Source: the human T2T-CHM13v2.0 reference genome, Homo sapiens
Assembly: GCF_009914755.1 (NCBI RefSeq)
Contig: NC_060932.1
Length of the DNA stretch: 64,000 bases
Reading direction: 5' to 3' (one strand)
Shown here: piece after piece, positions 1 to 12,195 of the stretch
How positions within the stretch are numbered: the first letter of the stretch is position 1
Layout: each line of letters opens with the position of its first letter
The notes under the pieces: model-generated
Database searches by the model: none
Told to the model about the DNA's origin: nothing
The model's input: the letters and a program-made list of their open reading frames with translations, nothing else
Program-made: the position numbers and the translations under genes

Positions 1-116
1 TCCTCAGCAGGAACAGCCTGGGTGCCATGGATGACATGATAGATGGTGGCAGGAGGCAGACAGGCTACTGGGCAGAAAGGGGCAGGTCCCCGGTGAAGCC
101 CCACCTTCAAATCAGG
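1..116 (+). mobile_element. MER52-type ERV1 LTR, middle part (extends left of window)
   Basis: 20-110 (gggtgccatgg...gatggtggcaggaggcagacaggctactggg...gaagccccaccttcaa) matches the reverse complement of ~1080-1170 of the adjacent minus-strand LTR. Confidence 0.8.
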
Positions 117-1670
117 TGACATGGGATCCTTGAGGTGTTGCTTCACCAGCTAGAAACTCTGTGGCTGGTGGTGCCTTCTCCCTGAGTATTGCTCACTCCC
201 TCTGGGCTCGTTCCACACACTCTACCCACAGGCTGTGCTCAGCTTGTGCTACTGGCCCAGATCACACATCTCTGCCAAGGGCAAGCCAGGCATGGAGTGG
301 TAAGGAGTGTGTGGGTGAGCTAGCATGGAGTCTGGGCACTATGCACAGGCAGGCATGCTGTCTACTGTGGCAGGGTGGGTGGCTCCAGGTGCTGGCTCCG
401 TGCAAGACTGCAACTGGACCAGATGTACTGCATGTGGCTTCTGCTGTGGGCACCCACATCTGGATGAGGGGAATGTGGTAGCAGCAGAAGTTTGGAGATC
501 CCAGGAACTGCAGAGCCCCTAAAGAGGGTGTCATAGCCTACAGCCCTGGCTCAGAGAGCCCCCAGGTATGGACTCCCCAAAGGGCCGCAGCTCTTCTCTC
601 CTTCTTGTTGCTGCAATGTGGTGAGCAGGGAGGGGTGGTGGCATGTTTCAGCTCTGTTTGTGTTATAGCTGTTTCAGTCCCATCATTTGGCAGGTCCCAA
701 GTTCTTGTCCCACATCCAGGAAGAATGAGGTACATAGACAACTGGAGGGTGAGCAAGGCAAAGAGGGGCTTCACTGAGTGACAGAACAGCTCTCAGGAGA
801 CCCAATATGAGTAACTCATTTCTACAGGCAGGTCATCCCATGTCTGTGTAGCTCTCAGCAGCAAAGAGATCTGGAGTGGATAATTCCTATCCACAGGCAG
901 GTTGCCTGTCATCTGCTGGAATGTGGCTGAGTCCAGGGTTTTTATGGGCTTCAGAGGGGAGGAAGTGCCTGCTGATTGGTCCATGGGTGGCCATGGGCAG
1001 GCACAGAAAAAGCACCATAAGTTCTCACTCCTGTCCATGGAACTGACAGCACAGCCTCCAGGCTTCAGGCTGTCTCTGGCTTGAAGATGGGGCTTCGCTG
1101 AGGACCTGTCTGTTCTCACCCAGGAGCCTGTCTGCCTCCTGCCATCATCAGCCTGCAGTCCATGGTGCCCATAATGCCCAGGATGTTTGTGCCAAGGGGT
1201 CCTTGCAGGCCCCTGCTGAGCTGCCGTCAGCACCCCCTTGGCCTCCCATTCATGCTCTTGGTGCCCAAGGTCCTGAGAGAGCCAAGGTGGTGTGAGGCTG
1301 GCACGTCAGTGTGGCCCTGAGTGTGTGCACACCTGGCCGGGTAACAATAGCACCCAGGCTTAGCTTCAACTTTGCTCCGAAATCGGAGCAGATTCCAGGA
1401 GTGGGGAGAGGCCAGGCAGAGGGAGCAGGCATTTCTGAGCCTGTGGGGGCAGGGGTATTCCTGGGCCCTCAAGAGCACAGGGATGCCTGGGTTTGCAGCT
1501 GCGGCTGGGCAGCTGCAGCTGCATCCAGGAGGGTGGGGTTCCCATCCAACCAGCTCAGAAGGGGACAGGGCTCCTGACTGTTCCCAGCTCCGGCTGGCTG
1601 CATGTTCCATAGATGGCAGTGGTGGTCTGTCTTGGCAGTGGCCACTCTAGACAGGCCACCACTGCCATCA
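117..1670 (-). mobile_element. Full-length MER52-type LTR (3' LTR of a minus-strand ERV1 provirus)
   Basis: On the minus strand it starts TGATGGCAGTGGTGG (1670) and ends ...GGATCCCATGTCA (117), i.e. TG...CA termini; CCAAT box (ctgattgg 972-979); preceded by a polypurine tract (ttagagcggggat, rc of 1671-1683). Confidence 0.85.
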
Positions 1671-2798
1671 ATCCCCGCTCTAAAGAGGTATATCTAACTA
1701 CCATTAGTACAGGGACGATGACCACTCTTAACCTCTTCATGCACACAGGGTACATTGTTTTGGGGAAAATGACTGTTAGCTCTCTCTCTCAGAGGCTTAT
1801 CTAAGGGTCCCTTGTACAAAGGGAACCATCATCCGAGGCTCCAGTTGCATGACTGCTTGGAGTTTGATGGCCTCTTGGTGACAAGAAACATATTTTACAA
1901 GAAGGTTAAGTATGTGAAGGAAAAAAATCTAGTTCCAAATACAACAGAGATAAGAATTAAAATAAACTAATCATTCTGAAAACAATGTTGTGACTAAATT
2001 ATTTCACAATGGTGAAATAAATTAAATCTTGTATGAGGGTAGTTAAATTTTAAAAAAGAAATAACTGTTCAGGGGGGCACATAATTCCTTGGCCTTATTC
2101 TCCCAAAGAAAGGAACCTCCGGGTTATGGCCACCCTATTTACCCTCATTGCCTGGCAGGATTTGCAGGATAATTTTCCAAATTTTTATATTACCTATCCC
2201 TTTTGTTTCTTCTGAGCTGAAGTCAGAGGTCACTGGTTGGTTCACAGGAATAAGCAGAGTTTGTCTAAAATGCAGACAAATCCTTAAAAACAACTAATGA
2301 GCACCTGTCAAAGTCTTATAGCTGATTGTACACTATCTTTTGAATAGGATCAAAACAAGACAATGATTGTCTGTTAATGACAAAATGTCATAGGGTAGTC
2401 ACAGTCAAAAACATGACTGACAGGGAAATTTGGTTATTTCTGTGGTTTACAATAACTTAACATAATAATCCTAATTATGATTGATAGTATGTATTTAGAC
2501 ATTTGAATTTTAGAAATCCCATACAATTTTGGAACATATGTTGATATTATTCACTAAAATATAACCTGAAGAAGATTAAATCTTATTTTTATTTTGACAA
2601 TTCCATGTAACTGAACATGTCAAATAATCCTGTTTATCTCTCTTTTGGATGCTCCAAGGGCCTTCTGTCTCATCTCAAAGTTATGGGTCAGAAAAGATAA
2701 TTTTGAAGCTGCAACTTGATTTTGGGAAGCCTATCAAATATGTTAAAGGTTTAACACATTTGATATAAAATAGAATTCCAGGTTACCATAAGTCATTT
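1671..2798 (-). mobile_element. ERV1 (MER4-group/MER52-int-like) internal sequence, 3' ~1.1 kb only
   Basis: PPT next to the LTR, env-tail remnant, and MER4-group internal-like motifs (ggttggttcacaggaataagcag; gtggtttacaataacttaacataataa). Confidence 0.75.
1793..1918 (-). pseudogene. env: Decayed gammaretroviral env TM/cytoplasmic-tail remnant
   Basis: Manual minus-strand translation ILNLLVKYVSCHQEAIKLQAVMQLEPRMM, then after a frameshift GPLDKP; resembles the HERV-W/HERV9 env tail IFNLLV.FVSSRIEA.KLQMV.QMEP...GPLDRP. Confidence 0.75.
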
Positions 2799-3418
2799 TT
2801 GCTCACCCTCCAGTCATCCATTTACCTCATTCTTCCTGGATGGGGGACAAGAACTTGGGACCTTCAGAATGGCGGGACTAAAAGAGCTGTAACACAAACA
2901 GGGCTAAAACATGCTCCCTCACTTGCCACATTGTGGGTGATGAGAAGGAAAGAAGAGCTGTGGCCCTTTGGGGAGCCCAGACCTAGGGGCCCCTCAAGCC
3001 AGGGCTGTGATACCCTCCTTGATGCTCTGCAGTTCCAGATGCCACTGCGTTCTTCTTGTCCAGATGTGGGTGCCTGCAGCAGGAACCACATTCAGTACAT
3101 CTGGTTCAGCTGCAACCTTGCACAGAGCTGGCACCTGTTCCAGCGCCTGGAGCTGCCTGCCCCACCACAGCAACCAGTATGCTTGGATGTGTGCAGTGGC
3201 TGGACCCTGCACTCACTCACCCACACACCTCTTGCTGCTCTGCACCTGGCTCACCTTTGGCAGGTGTGGGATCCAGGCTGGTAGCATGAGCTGAGCTCAT
3301 CCTGCCGGGCTGAGTGGGTGAAACAAGCCCAGTGGGTGCAAGCAATACTCACACAGAAGGTGCCACTGGCCACAGAGGTTTCCAGCTGTTGAAGTGATGC
3401 CCCAAGGATTCTGTGACA
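2799..3418 (+). mobile_element. MER52-type LTR, 3' ~620 bp
   Basis: Homologous to rc of ~117-755 (tgctcaccctccagt...cctcattcttcctggatg...); ends ggattctgtgACA at 3418. Confidence 0.85.
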
Positions 3419-3772
3419 CTACAAGATGCATGAACCTTGAAGATATTATGTGAAGTGAAATAAGTTATTTATGAAATGCCAAAACTGTATGATTTCACTT
3501 AATTGAGGTACCTAAAGTAGTCAAATTCATAAAGAAAGAAAATAGAATAGAATAGTGCTTACCAAGGTCTGTGGGGAGGGAGAATGGGGAGTTATTGGCT
3601 AATCGGTACAGAGTTTCAGATTTGCAAAGGGAAAAGAGTTCTAGGGATTGGTTGCATAATAATCTCCCACCAAATATACTTAATATTACTGAACTGTGCA
3701 CATACAAGGGGTTAAAGTGATAAATTTTGTGTGTATTTTACCACAGATAAAAATGAAAAAGAAAAAAGAAAA
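3419..3772 (+). mobile_element. L1MB-type LINE-1 3' end with A-rich tail
   Basis: atgaaccttgaagatattatgtgaagtgaaataag...gaggtacctaaagtagtcaaattcat...ggggagggagaatggggagtta...ttttaccaca plus A-rich tail. Confidence 0.8.
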
Positions 3773-3774
3773 TC

Positions 3775-4310
3775 GCTCCATCCTTTTGTGTTCCTAGGGT
3801 TACTGCAGAGGCCCACCCTTCTCCATATGACTTGGATAAGATAAAAAAAACACCCTTGTTTACCTATGACAAGGCTAGACACAGCCTGTCCAAATTCCCA
3901 TTCTTTGTCTTAAAAGTAATTAGCTGAAGTGTTTATCTCCATTGACCAATCTGGACAAGATAAACATCAACTTTATTTGACCAAACTTTAGTCAGGTTTC
4001 TCTCTGCACAGGCCCCTGGCCCTTGACCTACCCTTGAATCTAAATGAACATTGGAATGTGGAATGGCCCCTCTTTCAGGACCCTCCTGACAATTGACCAC
4101 AGAGAAGGATGTTTCATGGTCAACACTCTAATCATTCTACCTGTTCACCCACTTCCCTACACTCAATTCTTGCTACCCTTGTTTGTTCCTCTCTTACTGA
4201 TTGACTTTGGAGAAACTTACAGATACTGTGGTTGAAGCATTCTCCCTATCGCAACAGACTTTGGAATAAATTCTTTCCTTACCTAAGTCCAGATTTGTTT
4301 TTATTTGACA
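3775..4310 (+). mobile_element. Old ERV1 solo LTR (MER31/MER67-group-like)
   Basis: ttgaccaaactttagtcagg motif, AATAAA at 4265-4270, ends ...ttatttgACA at 4310; subfamily uncertain. Confidence 0.6.
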
Positions 4311-7300
4311 CTTGCAAAGTATGAGAATAACGTTTGTCCCATTTAACATATGGAATATAGTGAAGATATATTTAATGCATGAATTGTTTATATACAGTAG
4401 GCAACACATATAATTGGAATATGTGAGTCTAATTGTGTAGTATATATGTATACATATTTAAGTGTACTAGCTAAACTTCATTATAATATTGTCCTAAGGT
4501 ATAATTTTTCTTTATAAATATTTTACATAGAAAACTGTTACTCTGTTTTATGGGCTGTCGGGTAATAATTTTAAATTGGCAGTTTAGTTCAGGAAAACAT
4601 TAAATTGAAGACTCTTAAACACCTGTATAGGAGATTAAAAGTTAGGCTCAGCTGGATTGGTTTTCTAGATGAGATTTTATCCTAGCCCATTCTAAACCTG
4701 CCACTTTTTTGTTTTGACTGTACGGAATTACTAATTGAGAGTGAAAGCAATTGTTCTCTGTAGTAAAAATTAACACTTTTAACTGTAACCAGTACATCTT
4801 AGATTTTAAATCGTGTTCTGATTTTAAATTCATAGTGTTTTAAAATGATTGCCTTTTGATTTTTAAATTGCAGTTGTGTGCAAGCCTTCTGTCACAATTC
4901 CACAAAAGGAAATTATGATAAATCAGTAACCATAATAATTAACTGAGCTAAAGTTCTTACCAGGAATGCAGCCACCAATTTAGCTGAAGGAGGTATTAGC
5001 ATAGCAACAAACTTTCAAGGTCAAATCTGAGTATTTTCTTCCCTTGATGTAGACAGGCTTATTATGGATTTTTCCCTTTTCTTGCCTTTTTTCACAAACA
5101 TTTTTCTACTTTTAACTGGTAATTTTTGATGAAGATATGATGCTCTGCTGTTACTAACTTTGGTATATAGAAAAACAGAAAGTTTGGGTTTTCTAAGATC
5201 TTTGTATTTTTTTATATTAAAATTTCCATACATTCACTAGCGGGTTTATTGGGCCCTACACAGCAGATAAGAGGAGTATGACATTACTCTACACAGAAAT
5301 GCCCTCTACAGTGATTTCCTCTTCTGGCCTCTGCCCCAGGCCTATCGCTGCCAGAATGTTCCACTTCTGCAACTGCCCACTCCCACTCTCCATTTGTTTG
5401 ACTGACTCCACCTGCTTATTAACTCCCTGGTTCATGTATCTTCTTATGTGAGAGGCACATGAATCTCAGGGGTGTGGGGCACCCTTACTTTTTGGCTTCC
5501 CCATTTTCTTTTGTTCCTAGGTCCCAGATCATCTATACTCATTTATATGCTGAGCTAATTATATTCAGAAAGAGGTGATGGTACCTTCTGGAAAATCAGC
5601 AAAACCCTTTTCTCTGCTGTGAACTTGGAAGTCATTGGCCAAAACCAAGCTCGTGACCTTTGGCAGTATTAGCTCCAATCCTATCACTCCAGTTGAGGAA
5701 ACCAAGAGAAATTTGGCATTCATCTCATGCCATCTGAGTGACAGAACAAGGCTCTAGACCCCCAGTCACAGCTACAGACCCAATTGCATTGCCTCAGGTG
5801 TGAGCCAGATAAAAGGCACCTTGCATAAAAACTAAGTCATCAATCTTTCTACTTTGAACATATGACAGAAGCGAGAGATCAAACTCTAGATCAAAATGAC
5901 TAGATATCTGGACTCTCTTGATAATGAAAGACTCTGATATTGTGACACTGTCATAGCCTGGTGTTATTTAGACAGGTGGTACCCAAGTACAAATCAGTGT
6001 GGGCTGCAAGAGCTTTTACCCAAAACAGATCTTTTTATTTTCTACTAAAGTGTTTTCTTCTTAATGGCTTGGGCCATCTTGATTACAGTGTCTTCATGTA
6101 AAACAAAGCATCTTGATTGGCTGTCATCATTTTTTGTTGCTCTATGATGTCAGATAGGCAGAATGTACTGAGGACAAACACTTTGAGTGGCCAGATTATG
6201 CAAAACCAGCTTTCAAAATTAGGAAGCAAAACTACCATGAACAATAGCATTACAGACTACACTTGTATAGGCATATTTTTCAGAGGAGCGCCAGATTTAA
6301 ATGATTAGATGGGAAATAAAAGACCATTTTCTTTTGATACAAAAGTTGCATGATCAGAGGAAGCTGGGAGAACACAGGGTTATGGGACATTAAACAGTCC
6401 TGAGGGCCGTCGGCCATCACCTATGTAGCTCTATGGGCTGGTGGGTGTGCGAGTGTCTGACCCTCTCGTGATGTGGATGTCCCTTCTGTAAAATAAAGTG
6501 AAAGCACGAGATGCTCTTTAGGATCTTTCTAATAATTTGATACACAAAATTAGATTCCAAAACTAAAGGTTTCATTGTCAAAACTATTAACTTTTTCTTC
6601 CCTAGGTTTGCCCAGGGCCTGAAAAAGTCATAGTAACTATACACTCATTCCAAAACATCCCTATTCCTTGAAATCTGATAAAAATCCAGTGGAAAATTCC
6701 AAGAAACATTCTACTTGGGTAATGGTTGCCTTAAATATCATAGACAGAGTTCAGATGCCTCATTTCAGGCCATCGCTAGAGCTTGTGAAATCTGTGTTTG
6801 TTCATTTCTCCGGGAGACCCTTTCTGTTCTTGCATCTATCGCAGTGTGTTGTGATAAATAATGCAGTGCCTTCCCAACAGTTTCCTTAGCCATATGAGGG
6901 GTACATTTTAAAAAGAGAACAAGCAGACACAGAAATGGAAATTAACCCCAGGCCTGCCAGCCTCCGTCAGGAATAATGGCGTCACATAATTCCAGGGTTA
7001 AATGGGAAGTAGGTGCCTTTTTACTGAGTTCGGCTCTTTGTCCTTGCTTTAGTGTGTCATTGTAGCAACTGTCATGTAAGGTTAATGACAGCCCCTCATT
7101 ACCCTTGTCAAATATGTAATAATGTGGCCCAACAACGGGCCTGAATGGCTTCTGCTTGTCAGATCCCTATGTTTTGCCTAGCAGATGGTCACTGTGTTTG
7201 GAGAGGCTCTCGCTCAGATCCATCACACTGATATCCTGAACACGTGTGTGCGAGAAGCATTTTCCCCTGATGGGACAGTGTGTGGCTAGAATACTAATTG

Positions 7301-9246
7301 AGCACGGCAAGACAACTGCAGGCTTCACCCTCCCTCCTCCCCCAACTTCCTGTTAGTTTTCTGTTAGGCTCCAGGGGGAAAGAGAGAAGATAGGACCTTT
7401 CTTGCCTTTCTCCTTCTATTATTTCCGGAGATACACCACACTTTTCAGCTGTGATATGCATGCGTTTTCAAACCCTTTATTTGGATCACTTAGGATGCAG
7501 CACCCATGAAATTTAGACACATTCTATTCTTGGAGATGTGGAAACAAAGGGGCGGGGGGGAAGGCTCAGTGAGGAAAGTGGCAGGGGGCAGGGTTTACTG
7601 GAAAAGAGCAGCAGTCCAGGTGGCAGGAAGCTAGAATCCCAGTCTGTGACCTTGGGCACAGTCACTTTCTCCCATTGTGGTTTACTCCCTCAGGAAGTTT
7701 GCCTTAGTGAAGGAGGTGAGAGAGACACTCAAGGCCAGATGCAAGAAAGAGCCTCTGTCCTGCTTCAGGGATTCTCCAACTGGTTCCTGCGTCTCTCATC
7801 CTCGGTAGTTTTTCACATTAAGTCACTTCCTTTCTCAAAAATGAACAGTGGCTCCCAATTGCTTCTGAAATCAACTTAAACTCTAAATAAACATCTCCAG
7901 AATTAGTTACAATGCAGTCTATTCTTTTTTCCATATGAATCCTCTTCCACTCTTTTTCAGGTTGCACAGATTGTTTAGATACAAATCTATCTACTTTTTC
8001 TGCGCACAAGTTTTCTGGGGCTTATAGTCTTTGTTTATGCATAACCTCTCGTATGAACCCCTCTGATGCTCCCTCTGATCAGCTCCTACTCTTCAAATAC
8101 ATTTCTTAAGGACTTTCCTGAATATATGTCTTCCACTAGCTCAATGTAGCTCTGATACCTCTGCTTCTCTAAATATTCCTAAGAAATATTGTTTTCTTTA
8201 TTAATATACATTCAAAGTAATAGAACTTGGGAACTTAGAAATCATTCCATGCAGCCACTTAATTTTGAAGATGAAATGCCAAGTGTGTATTGGTTAAGAC
8301 CAAGTTCAAAGAGCAAGGCCATCACCTAGGTCCTTTGATTGTGGGTTTAGTCTTTTTTTTTCCACAATAGTAAATCACCCATTTCCTATACTTCGCTATT
8401 TAAGAGCTTGTCATTATTATTTGTGTTCATGTTCTCTCCCACAATAGATCGAAAACACCTTGAGGGCAGACACATTGATGTCTGCCTTTGTAGGCTCTGA
8501 CTGACCCATAGGGTTGTGTGGGCACAGGGAGGAGTCATTTCACAGAGTCTATATAACTGCAGGTCACAGTATTGATGCCAGTTCCCTTTGTAATATCCCT
8601 GTGACATTTAACACTTTGCCAAATTATCTGTTGGCACTCCTCTCTTGGTATTATTCTAACAAGTGACATTTTCTTTTTTATCTTTTATGTGACCTACCCC
8701 TGAAACCAGTGAGTCACTATGAATTGTCATGAGCAAAATGTCATGTTAGGATCTTAGGGAGCAGAGAAGTCTATAGCCCCACAGAGGCTATCCTAAACTT
8801 CATTGGTGGTGAAGAAAACCCACTTCTAGGCAAACCTTCTGATGTTCTTAGGAGTGATGATGAAATAAACTGAGGGGACTGTATCCAGCCTTTCCAGGTT
8901 AGGAAAGGTAATAAATCCACAGGTCTTTCTAACCCAGTCTCCAAGGAAGAAGATACTATTTCAAATGATTTTAGATTTTGCATTTGCTAAGTGTTTTTCT
9001 CCCCTTTCATCAAATATGTGGAAATTTCAGCTTAAGCCTTGAATAACTTCGCTTCTTAAATCAGATCTAAATGACCATATAACTGTTTTTTTTTAATTTG
9101 GTTCCAGATACTCTTCACTCAAAAGCTTTTCTCATATTGTTTAATTTAGTTGTAATATTGCTCAAAACCATGCAGCACATCTCCACTACTTCCATAGCCT
9201 TTCTAAGCCATAGGGATTACTTCCTCTGAATACTATACAATTAATA

Positions 9247-9415
9247 CAGATATTTCCTGATTTATGATGGCTCATCCTAAAATTTTTTGACTTTATGATG
9301 GTGGGAAAGTGATAGTCTGTATGTTTCTTGCCTTACAACAAGGTTGTGTCTTGACTATCTCAACTTATGATGGATTTATCCAGATGTAACCCCACCATAA
9401 GTTGAAGAGCATCTG
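9247..9415 (-). mobile_element. MER47-type (Tigger family) MITE, internally deleted
   Basis: TIRs cagatatttcctgatttatgatgg / ccaccataagttgaagagcatctg, flanked by TA on both sides. Confidence 0.75.
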
Positions 9416-9886
9416 TACTCTGTAATTGTCATTTGAAAATCATACATCTATGGAGAACTTAATATGTCAAGTATTATTCTAAAATTTAGAAAGAAATAAG
9501 ACAAAATTCTTGGTCAATGACACTCACTATCTAGTGGTAAAGACAAGTATATAAATAGATAAGCCTTATTATTCAAACTTAGCCTCTTCTTACTCCATAC
9601 TTCTGATCCAATCCTCTCTCTCTTCTTATCCCTAAATATTACCATCTTCCTTCAGAAATTCCTGCTCCATACTATGCAGCATTTGCTATATTCTCAAACT
9701 CTTCTCCGAATGTTGTCTCTTCCTCCTAAATCCTTAGTTGGCAACCAGCTGTTTCAAAAGTACATGGCTTTCTTCTTAGGGGTTCACTTCTTATTTTCTC
9801 ATAAAATAATAACTCAAGGTCAGGATTTGAAGTCAGTGTCCTCCTCTATTCCCACTGCCAAAATGAGCTCATTATTTATGCTCCAC

Positions 9887-10249
9887 TGCTATGGTTTGAA
9901 GGTATCCCCAAACCTCATGTGTTGGAAATATAATCTCTGATGCAACAGAGAGGTAAGGCCGAATAAGAGGTGGCTGCACCATGAGGGCTCTGCCCTCACA
10001 AATGGATGAGTACCATTATCTTGAGAGTGGATTCGCTTTAAAAGGACAAATTCATACGGGAACCTTTTTTTCCCCTCTCCTTCTTGCCCTCTCTTGACTT
10101 TTTGCCTTTCACCATGGGATGATGCATTAGGAAGGCCTTCACCAGATGCTGGCCTCTCAGCCTTGGACTTCCCAGCCTCCAGAGTGATAATAAATAAATA
10201 CTTGTTCTTCTTAAATTTTTGTTGTAGCAGCACAAAATGGACTAGGACA
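9887..10249 (+). mobile_element. MST (MSTD-like) MaLR solo LTR
   Basis: Starts tgctatggtttgaa, ends aaatggactaggaCA; internal AATAAA; 5-bp TSD tccac/tccat. Confidence 0.85.
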
Positions 10250-10439
10250 TCCATCTTATAAAAACATATGACTCCATCCTACTCTTTTTAACTTTATACT
10301 CTCTGGTAAGACCATCTGTCTCTCCTCATTGTAGGGTCGGTTAATCTCCTGGTAACCAAATCTCCATTTATTATGAGTTCTGGGTTACACAAACAGCCAC
10401 AGAGATGAACTCTCCCACACACTGACCTCTCAGTTCCTT

Positions 10440-11430
10440 GACTGCTTATCCTTAGTGATTCTTCTCTACATTCAATCTCAGCCATCTTTCTTCATGGTCA
10501 CCTTCTGGATCTTGCCATAATCAGAACTACACTACCTTTAAAATAACAAAACAAAATGGCCCATTTTCTTCCACCAGTTTCCTTTTGCTTCACTGGTTGA
10601 AACATATCCTAGCAGCATCAATCCATAGCTTTCTACCATCTATTTTTCTTTCCATTTTCTCCTGACTCCACTTGCCTCTTTTCCAGTAGAGATTCAGTGG
10701 AATTAGAATCACTTCCTTGCAAGGGCCCTCAATTGCTTTGCCCCTGTTTTTATCCACCATGTTTTTCTTCCACAATATTTCTTGGCAAAACCCCAAACCA
10801 GGATAAATTCAATGATCTGTCTCCCCTGTGGCTACATCTGAGCAGTTGATTGTTGCTGGTGAAAATTATCAGCTGGACAGACAGCTTTTCCTTCAATTGT
10901 ATCAATACCATTTCAAACAAGTACTTAACATGGCCCAGAAAAAAACACTCATATATCTCTGTCTCTTGCTTCAATCCTGTGCCCATTCCCTTCCTCCAGA
11001 TAATTCTTGCTTAGTATTTCTTCTCCCTTTTTTGAATGCTTCTGATTCATTGTTCATACGCTATCCAGAGTGAATTTTTAGGAACCCCAATAGGATTAAA
11101 TTTGTCCCATGAAAATGACATCTCATCAATGATGGAACAAAGTGCAAAGTCCTTGAAGTGGTCCAGCCCCAACCTGCATGTCTAACTGTGTTTCTCATCT
11201 CTCAGCCACTCTCTGGCCAGGTCCACCTCTCCTCTTGGCCTCCTCATGGTTTGTCAATTGCATTAGCCTCTGTGCCTCTGGCTGCTACACTTGCTGCGTT
11301 TCCTTTGCCTGGCTAACTCCTTTAGGTCTCAGGACAGATGTCACTTCATCAGAAGGGCATTCCCTCAACCCTCCATTCCAGACTGTCTCCTTCTTAGCTT
11401 CTCTTATGGCACTCAGTACTTGTGCCACAA
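10440..11430 (+). mobile_element. Degenerate L2 LINE fragments
   Basis: catggtcaccttctggatctt (HGH.LDL), ggcaaaaccccaaaccaggataaat, and 3'-type motifs (tttcctttgcctgg; gatgtcacttcatcagaagg). Confidence 0.5.
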
Positions 11431-11674
11431 GAGAACCGAATTATTTGAATTATAGTTCAAAGAGGGCTTTGTCTGGGAAAATTGTGGAGGAATTTTCACT
11501 GTAGAATTATTGCTGAAGGGGAACTATGAGGTTGTTTGGCAAGGAAAGAAGGAAATGCATTTCGGATAGAGGGAGTATCCTAAAAAATCACAGAGATGTA
11601 AAAATCTGCTGTGTCAACAGAAAGGTCTATTCACTGGCAAAAATGTGCAGGCACCAGGGAAAACAGTGGGAGGT

Positions 11675-12195
11675 GGTGGTAGGCCGGATAAGGGCCACCA
11701 AATATGTCTATGTTCTAATCCCTCACAACTGTGAGTATGCTTATGTTACGTGATGAGGGAGAATGAAGATAGCAGATGTAAGGAAGGCTGCTAATCAGCT
11801 AGCCTTGAGATGCAGAGAGCACTCTGGACTTGCCAGATGAATCCGATGTAATACCCAGGGGCCTTGACTGTGGAAGAGAGAGGCAGAAGCATCAACATCA
11901 GAATAATTTGGTGCGAGAAAGATTCTACTTTAGTTACTGACTTTGAAGATGGAGAAGGGGGCCATGTGCCAAGGAATGCAGCAGCTTTTGGAAGCTGAAA
12001 AAGGCAAAGAAACAAATTCTCAAAGAAACAAGAGCCTGCAGAAAAGAACTCAGCCCTTCTGACACCTTGATTTCATCCCGGTGAGACCCATTTCAGACTC
12101 TGACCTCCAGAACAAATGACAAGATGATAAATTTGTGTTGTTTTAAGACACTAAGTTTGTGGTAACAAGTTGCAGCAACAACAGAAACTAATATA
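11675..12195 (+). mobile_element. MLT1D-like MaLR solo LTR, inserted in a minus-strand L2 relic
   Basis: gtggtaggc start, ctttgaagatggagaagggggccatgtgccaaggaatgc, gacaccttgattt, aactaata end. Confidence 0.85.

Noticed and set aside
161-3294. Dense overlapping 60-160-aa ORFs
   Set aside because: Nearly all lie in GC-rich MER52 LTR sequence; mirrored peptides reflect the inverted LTR copies, not genes
7176-7195. CTCF-like ctagcagatggtcac
   Set aside because: Three mismatches in the core
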